Shown in pieces: positions 56,388-64,000 of a stretch of DNA of 64,000 bases. The translations under genes were made by a program, and so were the position numbers. The notes below the pieces were generated by a model. It ran no database searches and had not been told where the DNA came from. It saw only the letters and a program-made list of their open reading frames with translations. Position 1 is the stretch's first letter. Each line of letters begins with the position of its first letter. Origin of the DNA: Candidatus Brocadiia bacterium (GTDB lineage Bacteria > Planctomycetota > Brocadiia > CAIUPP01); assembly GCA_050015075.1 (NCBI GenBank), contig JBEKCB010000018.1, positions 33,751 through 97,750 on the forward strand, read 5' to 3'.

Positions 56388-57017
56388 ATGCGCGTGAGCA
56401 GGCGGATCACGAGATGCATGTTCGTAATTGCGCTCGGGCTGGGACTCACCGCCTCTTCGGGATGCGCCTACTTTCATAACCGCTGGCACGACTTCTCTCA
56501 GATGGCGGACATCGGAGTCACCTGGTCGGACAAGAATCAATTCGTCCTCTACTCGAGCTTCGAGTCCATTCTTCCCCTCGGCTACGCCCATTTCGACGGT
56601 CACTTCGCCGGATGGGGAGGCGGCCAGTTCGGCGCGACCCGCAATTCCCTCGACGCGTGGGGAGTCCTCGTCTGGGGACATGAGAAAGTGGGCTGGGAGG
56701 ACTTCGACGTGGACGACCCCTCCACTCTGTTCACGCAGACCGTGGGGTTGATCGGCATGCCCGTGGGGCTGTTCACCGATTCCAATCCCAACTACGTGCC
56801 GTCTTGAATGCATGTCATTCATCTGGGCCGGTTCGGCCTGGTCGCCAATTTTCGCTGGTTCGAGGTGCTGAACTTCGTTGTGGGCTGGACGACAATCAAT
56901 CTCTCGCAGGACGACGGGAAGAAATTCGGACATTGGATCTGGCTGCCGGACCGGAACCCGCCGTGCGAGCCGCCCGGCACGGCTGCCCCGACGGCAAATG
57001 AGCGCGCGACATTCTGA
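56388..57017 (+). CDS. Lipoprotein with an in-frame UGA at 56805-56807 (candidate selenoprotein)
   Basis: Lipobox ASSGC; ORFs 56388-56807 and 56808-57017 are in the same frame and separated only by TGA; hairpin with a GUU loop 23 nt downstream. Confidence 0.7.
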
Positions 57018-57086
57018 GTTCGGGAGTTCGGCGGGAGTTCGAAGGACACACTGGAGGAGTTCGGGGGATACACGATTTATCCCCAG

Positions 57087-57462
57087 GTCGGCGTCATCGG
57101 CTTCACCGCCGAGGGAATAGACCACGGCCTCCTTGCCGCTGCGCTCGGCCACGAATGGGCCGTCGGCCTGCGCCACGGCTGCTTCTGCGCGCATCCCTGC
57201 GCCATGCGCCTCCTCGGCGTCGGCGCGGCGGAACTCGAGAATTTCGCCCGCAAGGCCGAAGTCAACGACCACTCCGGTTTCCCCGGCCTCCCGCGCATCA
57301 GCGCAGGCCTCTACAACACGCGCCAGGAGGCCGACTGCGTCGCGGAGACCATCCGCGATCTCCTCGACCGCGGCCCCCGCGAGCGCTACGTCCTCGAGTC
57401 CCACAGGCGAATACGTCCCCGAAAGCGGCCCCATCTGGCCCGAAGAATGGTGCCCGCTCTAA
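57087..57462 (+). pseudogene. C-terminal fragment of a class V PLP aminotransferase (cysteine desulfurase/Sec lyase-like)
   Basis: GVIGF...GIDH.LLAA.L..E..VGLRHGCFCAHP and RIS.GLYNT..E.D; frameshift near 57400 before the TGEYVP tail; N-terminal PLP domain missing. Confidence 0.75.
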
Positions 57463-57505
57463 CCTGGAATCCCTATCCCGTAATTCCGGGTTCGCCGCAA
57501 AATAA

Positions 57506-57536
57506 TGGCTGGCCACCCAGGACTCGAACCTGGAAC
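57506..57536 (-). other. tRNA 3' fragment (T-arm plus acceptor-CCA, probably tRNA-Gln); likely att-site remnant
   Basis: Minus strand GTTCCAGGTTCGAGTCCTGGGTGGCCAGCCA; no D or anticodon arm or matching 5' acceptor strand upstream. Confidence 0.7.
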
Positions 57537-57763
57537 GCTTAATAATGAGGGCCGCGTGCCTGATGAAAAAGTCACGCCTTGACAGGAGTATATCGGCAGC
57601 GGGCCTCCGGTCTGCACGATTTCACGGGAATTGCAGTCTTTTGCAGGCCAGGCGCTCTCACCCGATGGCTTTTTCAACTGGCCCACTTTCCCAAGGCATT
57701 CAGTTACGAACCCGCTTCAATCAATCCCCTTGATCCCGTTATCCCGTCCAAGCCATTCGCTCT

Positions 57764-59134
57764 TCAATCAGCCTTCTCGGCCAGCGCGCGGTAGCGGTCT
57801 CGGGCCTGGTTGGTCCATTCGGTGATCATGCGGTTGCGGGCGGCGGGGTCGGACCATTCCGTCCGGGCCAGGCGGGCGAGCTCCGCCTCGGTCACGAACG
57901 GCGCGCAGAGCGCGTGGACTTCCTGCGGCTTCAGGCCGCGCCGGATGACCGCTTTCCACGCCTCGGCCAGTTCCGGCTGCAGGTCCACGAACACCGCGCC
58001 GTAGAGGTCCTTGAGCGTGTCGCGGTCGGCGGCGGCCTTGACCGGGTCGTGCCGGAATCCCAGGTGCGCGCTCGACGGATCGAACAGCACGTTCGTCACG
58101 CCAGCGTATTGCCGGTAGAGGCCCGGCAGCACGGGAATGCGCAGCAGTTCCGTCTCCACCGGCCCGCCCGGATATCCCTTCGGCAGGAACCAGAGCCGCT
58201 GCGCCTCGGGCGAGAGCGCGTACTCGATGAAGCGGCGCGCGGCGACGGCGTCCGGCGCGCCCTTGAGCATGCCGATCGGGTCGGGCGTGATCGGCGTCAG
58301 GCCCGCCGGCAGCACGTAGCCGATCTTGTCCCGGCCGTCGAGCTTGATCTGCGTCCACGCGTAGAAGTCAATCGCCAGCGCGGCGGCCGCGTTGCCCATG
58401 CTGACCTGCTTGGGGATGTCGGCCGAGCCGCGCGAGAAGGTCTTCAGGTTCCCGGCGATCCGCGCGAGCATCTCGAATCCCTTGTCCCAGCCGTACGCCT
58501 CCAGGATGACCTCGACCATGACCTGCGCGGTGCCGCTCTGGCGCGGGTCGGCCGCGGCGACTTCTCCGAAGAAAGCCGGCTCGGCGAGGTCGGCCCAGGT
58601 CTTCGGCTCCGGCAGATGCAACTGGGCCAGGCGCGGCTTGTTCCAGAGAATGCCGAAGCCGCTCAGCGCCGTGCCGAACCACTGGAGCTTCGGATCGTAG
58701 AGCGGGATGCCCTCGATCGAAGCCGGCAGCGCGGCCATGGTTGCCTGCGGCAGCCGCACCGGCTCCAGCAGGCCCAGGTCGGCGAGCTGCAGATACGGCT
58801 CGACGCCGCCGCCCCAGAGCAGGTCCGCGCCGATGCCGTCGGGCGAGCCGGAGAACTCCGACTTGATGAAGCGCACCGCCAGGCTGGTGCCGCCGTGATC
58901 GTTCCAGATGACCTCGCAGGGCGCGTTGAATTTCGCCTGGTGCCAGGCCTCGAACCCGCGCTTGAACTCGCGCTCGATGCCGTCGTTCTGGATGGAGATG
59001 ATGATCACGCGGCTCGCGCCGCCGGCCTCCGACGACGGAGTTTCCCTTCGCGACATCCGCGGCAGCGTGAAAAGCGCCACGAGCGTGATCAACATGGACA
59101 CCGCGATGACGAGGACCGGAATCTGCTTGCGCAA
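57764..59134 (-). CDS. ABC transporter substrate-binding protein (Fe3+/family 1 type)
   Basis: GADLLWGGG, LSGFGILWN, PKTW.DL, ADPRQSG, IDFY, ITPDPI..LKGAP; TTG start with a GGAGG RBS. Confidence 0.85.
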   Translation of the reverse strand: MRKQIPVLVIAVSMLITLVALFTLPRMSRRETPSSEAGGASRVIIISIQNDGIEREFKRGFEAWHQAKFNAPCEVIWNDHGGTSLAVRFIKSEFSGSPDGIGADLLWGGGVEPYLQLADLGLLEPVRLPQATMAALPASIEGIPLYDPKLQWFGTALSGFGILWNKPRLAQLHLPEPKTWADLAEPAFFGEVAAADPRQSGTAQVMVEVILEAYGWDKGFEMLARIAGNLKTFSRGSADIPKQVSMGNAAAALAIDFYAWTQIKLDGRDKIGYVLPAGLTPITPDPIGMLKGAPDAVAARRFIEYALSPEAQRLWFLPKGYPGGPVETELLRIPVLPGLYRQYAGVTNVLFDPSSAHLGFRHDPVKAAADRDTLKDLYGAVFVDLQPELAEAWKAVIRRGLKPQEVHALCAPFVTEAELARLARTEWSDPAARNRMITEWTNQARDRYRALAEKAD

Positions 59135-59213
59135 GGCATGCGCCTCCAGGAGCGAACAGCGAGCGGCGGACCGCGCAGGCATTTTCGTCCATCCGCCGCC
59201 TTTTCGCAAGAGC

Positions 59214-59270
59214 GCTTGTAGTGTGCCCGTCAGGGCATAGACGGTAGCGCCTTTCGGCGCCACTACGAGC
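59214..59270. repeat. GTAG-type REP doublet (REPIN-like), copy 2
   Basis: Near-identical to 53166-53222. Confidence 0.75.
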
Positions 59271-59347
59271 GAGCCGCCGGTTGACCGGTTTCGCGGCGTT
59301 CTGATAGTATCCTGACTTGCCGACGCATTTCTACTGGCGAGGAACCC

Positions 59348-61435
59348 ATGGCGGATTTGCTTTACGAAATCGGCGCGGAGGAGATTCCGGCCGGGTACAT
59401 CGAGCCGGCGCTGGAGCAGTTGGCGCGGGCGCTCGCGCGCGAGCTGGACGCGGCGCGGCTGAGCCACGGCCCCGTCACCGTGGCGGGCACGCCGCGCCGG
59501 CTGGTCGTCGCCGCCGCGAACGTCGCCGAGCGGCAGGCGGATTCCGAAGAGGAAGCGATCGGGCCGTCGGTGAAGGCGGCGTTCGACGCGCAAGGCAAGC
59601 CGACCCGGGCCGCCGAAGGCTTCGCGCGCTCGCAGGGAATCGCCGTGACCGAGATCCTCCGCAAGGAAACCCCGCGCGGGCTCTACTGCGCGGCGCGCAA
59701 ACGCGTGAAAGGCCGCAGCGCGGCGGAGATCCTCGCCGAGGCGCTCCCGAAAATCACGCTCGAAATCTCGTTCCCGAAGTCCATGGTCTGGCTCTCCGGC
59801 CAGCGCGGCTTCGCCCGGCCGATCCGCTCGCTCCTGGCGCTGCTGGGGACCGAGGTCGTGCCGTTCACGCTCTTCGAGGTCGCCTCCGGCCGGACGACCG
59901 AGGGGCATCCGATCCTCTGCCCCGGCCGGGTCGAAGTGCCCGACGCGGATTTCGAGCGGTACAAGAAATTGCTGCGCGAGCATCTCGTCGTCGTGGACAT
60001 CGCCGAGCGCACCGACATGATCTTCAAGGGCATCCAAACTGCGCTGCGTAAGATCGGAGGCTTTAGCAACAATGCGGCGCTCAGCGAAGTGACCAACCTC
60101 GTCCAGTGGCCGTCGGTAGCGACGTGCAATTTCGATCCGGTGTTCCTGAAAGTCCCGGCGCCGGCGGTTGAGGCGGCGATGATAGAGCACCAGCGCTATT
60201 TCCCGGTTCGCGACGCGGCCGGCGCGCTGCTGCCGCACTTCCTCGTCGTGAGCGACCGCGGCCCGGAGCACGAGGCGCTCATCCGCGCCGGCAACGAGCG
60301 CGTCCTTCGCGCGCGCCTGGCCGACGCGCAGTTCTTCGACCAGCAGGACCGCAAAGTCCGGCTCGCCGATCGCGTCGAGGCGCTGCGCGGCGTGGCGTTC
60401 CTCAAGGGACTGGGCAACTACTTCGACAAGACGCAACGGCTCGAGCAGCTCACGAAAAGCGTCGCGGAGCATCTCGGCCTCGACGACCGCGACGCCGCGT
60501 TTGCGGTGCGCGCCGCGCGGCTCTGCAAGGCGGACCTGCTGACCGAAATGGTCGGCGAGTTCCCCGCGCTCCAGGGCGAAGTCGGCCGCGTCTACGCGCT
60601 GCGCGACGGCGAGCCGCCGGAGGTGGCCGCCGCCATCGCAGAGCACTACATGCCGCGCTCCGCCGACGGCGAACTTCCCGCGAGCATGGCCGGGCGCGCG
60701 CTGAGCGTTGCGGAAAAGCTCGACAACCTCGCCAGTTGCTTCGCCGCCGGGCTGATCCCGAGCGGCTCCGCCGACCCGTACGCGCTCCGGCGGCAGTCGC
60801 AGGGCATCCTCCGAATCGTCGAGACCGGCCGTCGGCACTTCAAGGTCTCGTCGCTGGTCCGCGACGCGCTCAAGGGCCTGCCCGAGCCGCACTGCCGCGC
60901 CGACGCGGCCGTGCCGAAGGCGATGGAGTTCCTCCAGGACCGCCTCGTCCAGATGGCGCTCGACCGCGGCGCGCCGCACGACCTGATCCGCGCCGCGCTC
61001 GCGCCGGGCTTCGAGGACATCTGCGATTTCTGGCTGCGGCTCGATGCGCTGCGCGGCCTTTCGGCCGAGCCCTGCTGGCCGGGGCTGGTCACCGCCGTCG
61101 AGCGGACGTATAATATCAGTAAGGCGCTGCCGGCGGACGTGGAAGTCGCGCCCGCGCTCTTCTCCGAGCCGCTGGAGAAGGACCTCTGGTCGCGCTTCGA
61201 GACGCACCGCGCCGAGATCGAGCGGCTCCAGGCCGAGCGCGATTACGCGAAGGCCGGGCGGCGCTACGCGGAGGTCTTCGCCGCGCCGCTGCACGAGTTC
61301 TTCGAGAAGGTGTTCGTCAACGTCGAGGACGCTGACGTGCGCGCCAACCGGCTGTTGCTGCTGCGGCGGATCAACCGGCTCTTCTCCGCGAAGTTCGCCG
61401 ACCTGGCGCAGATCGTCACAGGAGTCCAGAAATGA
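59348..61435 (+). CDS. glyS: Glycine-tRNA ligase beta subunit
   Basis: LLYEIGAEEIP, TPRRL, FPKSM.W, HQRYFP, GNERVLRARL.DA.FF, KADL.TEMVGEFP.LQG, GSADPYALRR. Confidence 0.96.
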   Translation: MADLLYEIGAEEIPAGYIEPALEQLARALARELDAARLSHGPVTVAGTPRRLVVAAANVAERQADSEEEAIGPSVKAAFDAQGKPTRAAEGFARSQGIAVTEILRKETPRGLYCAARKRVKGRSAAEILAEALPKITLEISFPKSMVWLSGQRGFARPIRSLLALLGTEVVPFTLFEVASGRTTEGHPILCPGRVEVPDADFERYKKLLREHLVVVDIAERTDMIFKGIQTALRKIGGFSNNAALSEVTNLVQWPSVATCNFDPVFLKVPAPAVEAAMIEHQRYFPVRDAAGALLPHFLVVSDRGPEHEALIRAGNERVLRARLADAQFFDQQDRKVRLADRVEALRGVAFLKGLGNYFDKTQRLEQLTKSVAEHLGLDDRDAAFAVRAARLCKADLLTEMVGEFPALQGEVGRVYALRDGEPPEVAAAIAEHYMPRSADGELPASMAGRALSVAEKLDNLASCFAAGLIPSGSADPYALRRQSQGILRIVETGRRHFKVSSLVRDALKGLPEPHCRADAAVPKAMEFLQDRLVQMALDRGAPHDLIRAALAPGFEDICDFWLRLDALRGLSAEPCWPGLVTAVERTYNISKALPADVEVAPALFSEPLEKDLWSRFETHRAEIERLQAERDYAKAGRRYAEVFAAPLHEFFEKVFVNVEDADVRANRLLLLRRINRLFSAKFADLAQIVTGVQK

Positions 61436-62355
61436 GTCCGCGCCGCGCGCTGCGCTTTACGAAGATGCACGGCATCGGGAACGATTACGTCTACGTGGAC
61501 CTGTTCAAGGAAAAAGTCCCCGACCCGGTCGCGCTGGCGATCGCGGTCAGCGACCGGCATTTCGGGATCGGCTCGGACGGCCTGATCCTCATCGGGCCGA
61601 GCAAGGCCGGCGACGTCTCGATGCGCGTTTTCAACGCCGACGGCTCCGAGGCGCAGATGTGCGGCAACGGCATCCGCTGCGTCGCCAAGTACGCGTTCGA
61701 GCACAAGCTCGCGCGGTCGGAAGAGGTGCGCGTCGAGACGCCGGCGGGCGTCAAGAGCGTCCGCGTGACCGTCGCCGACGGCCGCGTGACGCGCGCGCGG
61801 GTGGACATGGGCGAGCCGCGCCTCCTCCGCAAGGACATCCCGATGACCGGCCCGGCGAACGAGCAATGCGTGGACGCGGCGCTGACAGTCACCTCGCCTG
61901 CAGTCGAAGTGCGGCGCGGCCGTCAACTGGGCCCGGGGCGTGTTGAGTTCCACGCGACTTCTCGTGCGACGACGTTCCAGGCCACCTGCGTCTCGATGGG
62001 CAACCCGCATTGCGTGATTTTCGTCCCGGACGTCCAGGCCATCGCGCTGGAGCAGATCGGCCCGCTGATCGAGCGGCACGAAGCGTTCCCTGAGCGCACG
62101 AACGTCCATTTCGCGCAGGTCGTGCGGCCGGACGAGGTGATCATGCGGACGTGGGAGCGCGGCAGCGGCGTTACGCTCGCCTGCGGCACCGGCGCGAGCG
62201 CCGTCTGCGTCGCCGGCGTGCTCACCGGCCGGACCGGCCGCAAGCTCCTGGCGCACTTACCCGGCGGCGACCTCGACCTGGAGTTCTCCGCCGACAACCA
62301 CGTTTTTATGGCCGGCCCAGCTACGGAAGTCTTTACCGGCGAATGGGTTATGTGA
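61432..62355 (+). CDS. dapF: Diaminopimelate epimerase
   Basis: FTKMHG.GND, FGIGSDG, NADGSEA.MCGNGIRC, SMGNPH, WERGSG.TLACGTGA. Confidence 0.96.
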   Translation: MSPRRALRFTKMHGIGNDYVYVDLFKEKVPDPVALAIAVSDRHFGIGSDGLILIGPSKAGDVSMRVFNADGSEAQMCGNGIRCVAKYAFEHKLARSEEVRVETPAGVKSVRVTVADGRVTRARVDMGEPRLLRKDIPMTGPANEQCVDAALTVTSPAVEVRRGRQLGPGRVEFHATSRATTFQATCVSMGNPHCVIFVPDVQAIALEQIGPLIERHEAFPERTNVHFAQVVRPDEVIMRTWERGSGVTLACGTGASAVCVAGVLTGRTGRKLLAHLPGGDLDLEFSADNHVFMAGPATEVFTGEWVM

Positions 62356-62480
62356 GCCTGTGACGTAAGTATCATAGGCACAAGCTGTTGCGACGCGCTG
62401 GGTTCGTTTTTTCAAATCGCCTTTTACTCCTTATCTTCCTGCCCATCAACGTCTTGAGACTCCTGTAATCTCAGCGGAAA

Positions 62481-62819
62481 TCATTTCCGTTTCCTCGCCT
62501 GCGCCTGCAGGACGAAGTACGCTGCTTGGAGGCAGAGCTTCGGCTGGTCGCGGCGCGGCATCGAATGGCAGGACGGCGAAACGTAACCCAGCCGCGCCGC
62601 GCGCTGGCGCAGCGCCGACGGCGTGGATTCCAGGTTCGCGGCGGCCTGTTTTTTCAGGACCCAGCCGGACGAATCGGGCCGGCAGGCCGCAAAGCGTTCG
62701 CATCGCGCATCGCAACTGCGGACCACGGCGGGATCGAGCGCGCCGGCGAGGGCGGTCTGTCGCCGCTGCGGAACACGGGCGCGCATTTCTTTGGGCTTGC
62801 TCTTCTTAGCGGTCTTCAT
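62481..62819 (-). CDS. Basic Cys-containing hypothetical protein (third gene of the gam operon)
   Basis: 112 aa ORF with a GGAG RBS, overlapping the upstream ORF. Confidence 0.5.
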   Translation of the reverse strand: MKTAKKSKPKEMRARVPQRRQTALAGALDPAVVRSCDARCERFAACRPDSSGWVLKKQAAANLESTPSALRQRAARLGYVSPSCHSMPRRDQPKLCLQAAYFVLQAQARKRK

Positions 62820-63030
62820 CGGTGTCCATCTCCAGGTTCAACGGGTATGGGCAGTGCGAACGGACGAGACGGGTTGGGAATCGGAATTCGTCCTCGGTTT
62901 CGCCGGCAGGGCTCTCGCCGGCCTCTTGATCCACTTTGCCCCGAGTGCCGCACTCGCACGCCGGGACAAGGCCCACCTCCTTATCGTCGTTAAACGGCTT
63001 TCGGCATACCGGGCAAGCATGGTCCGCCAT
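62806..63030 (-). CDS. Small Zn-ribbon-like hypothetical protein
   Basis: CPVC...CECG, AAAGGAA RBS, directly after gam. Confidence 0.5.
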   Translation of the reverse strand: MADHACPVCRKPFNDDKEVGLVPACECGTRGKVDQEAGESPAGETEDEFRFPTRLVRSHCPYPLNLEMDTDEDR

Positions 63031-63057
63031 TTTCCGTTCCTTTCCACTTCTCCACCT

Positions 63058-63600
63058 TTATTCGGCAATCGGCATTCGACATTCGGCAATCTTCTCCCCC
63101 TTCAGCTCCAGTTCGAACACCTCGCGCCGGCCGATCCGCAGGCCGGCCTCGGCCAGTTGGTCGGGGCCGATGAGGCCGGCGGCGGCCCTGGAAAGAATGG
63201 CGTCGCGGGCGATCTCCTCTCGGACGCGGATGCAGTCGGCACCGAGGGCGGCGCGCACGCGTTCGATCCGCTCGCCGTCGGTCCACGGACGCCGGAGGAC
63301 CTTCACCGCCGGCGGCGTGGTGCGGAAACTCAGGACGCCGTGCAGCCGCTCGATGGTCTTCTGCGGCGAGAATTGCTCCTGGCGCCCGCGGGCGAACTGC
63401 TCGAGCGCCTCGCGCAGCAGCGCGTCCTCGCCCGCCATCTCCTCGAGCGGAGCGTTGAACCGCAGCTTCACGGCGGCGAGTTCCGCGTTCATCTCCGCGA
63501 GGGCCCGCTGACGGTTTTGCTCCAGCCGGCAGAGCCGCGCGAGCGCGGCGTCCACTTCCGACCAAGTCCTCAACGCCGCCTGCGCCTTCCGTACGGTCAT
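63058..63600 (-). CDS. Mu Gam-like host-nuclease inhibitor / DNA end-binding protein
   Basis: W.EVD.AL..L, coiled coil, F...KT....HG.L.FR.TPP, IR..EE..RD.I, G......E.F; AAAGGAG RBS. Confidence 0.85.
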   Translation of the reverse strand: MTVRKAQAALRTWSEVDAALARLCRLEQNRQRALAEMNAELAAVKLRFNAPLEEMAGEDALLREALEQFARGRQEQFSPQKTIERLHGVLSFRTTPPAVKVLRRPWTDGERIERVRAALGADCIRVREEIARDAILSRAAAGLIGPDQLAEAGLRIGRREVFELELKGEKIAECRMPIAE

Positions 63601-63659
63601 CGGAGACTCCTTTCCGAACCTGCAATCACGGGAATGTCATGGTCATTGCCGACGCCCCG

Positions 63660-63713
63660 ATTATAATAAGTCTTATGATAGCTGTCAAGGGTGAATAAGA
63701 AAAATACTTATTC
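63660..63713 (-). promoter_or_regulatory. Consensus sigma70 promoter with overlapping ATAAG/CTTAT operator-like palindromes
   Basis: TTGACA-17 nt-TATAAT; ATAAG-T-CTTAT in the spacer and GAATAAG-N7-CTTATTC upstream. Confidence 0.75.
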
Positions 63714-63816
63714 TATCGGCAGAGGGGCGCTGTCTGACGGATTGGGGCAAGCCGGACGAGAGGATTTTTAGATATGAGCCAGTGTGGCGTCTTGAAGATA
63801 AGTTGCACAATGCGCG

Positions 63817-63903
63817 GTCATTCTGAGCGGGGCGAGGAATCTCATAAGCAGCGCTCTAGCAAGGCGTTATGGCGTGAGATGCTTCGCTGCGCTCAGTTAT
63901 GAT
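63817..63903. repeat. Inverted pair of REP-like palindromes
   Basis: GTCATTCTGAGCGGGGCGAGGAATCTC ... GAGATGCTTCGCTGCGCTCAGTTATGA. Confidence 0.65.
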
Positions 63904-64000
63904 GAAGGCCGTTCCTCCTGCGAAGGAGTACAATCCTTCGCGGCAGAAACATTTCTCTGATAGGAGGAACGGCCATAAGTCATCGTACTTGGAAGTTGGG

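Noticed and set aside
57506-57580. Complete tRNA gene
   Set aside because: Only the T-arm and acceptor 3' strand are present; upstream sequence forms no D or anticodon arm.
57764-61294. 1176 aa minus-strand ORF
   Set aside because: Only the 3' part (from 59134) is the substrate-binding protein; the rest is the antisense shadow of glyS.
59348-61435. glyS without adjacent glyQ
   Set aside because: Separation of the two subunit genes is common and cannot be judged from one window.

Overview
High-GC bacterial chromosomal window, probably Planctomycetota (inferred from a prepilin/H-X9-DG protein and overall gene style). Most of it is housekeeping and metabolic genes: lpxD-like, fabF-ACP-def-fmt-rsmB-miaB, hisD-hisC-hisB, alr, ugd, glyS-dapF. 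Accessory blocks include: a low-GC P-loop ATPase plus wHTH gene pair coupled behind a hicB/broken-hicA module (6.9-9.5 kb); three tandem paralogous membrane/beta-propeller genes (31.7-37.9 kb); an expanded arsenic operon (40.7-45.6 kb); a zone of gene relics with a tRNA 3' fragment (54.6-57.6 kb); and a Mu Gam-like operon behind a consensus promoter (62.5-63.7 kb). The strongest hidden signal is two in-frame UGA codons, each followed by a SECIS-like hairpin with its loop 23-24 nt downstream. These suggest two unannotated selenoproteins: a split lipoprotein at 56.4-57.0 kb and a double-thioredoxin lipoprotein in the ars operon. Intergenic DNA, and some coding DNA, carries several families of short palindromic and tandem repeats. 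All product calls come from motif recognition by eye; no searches were run.
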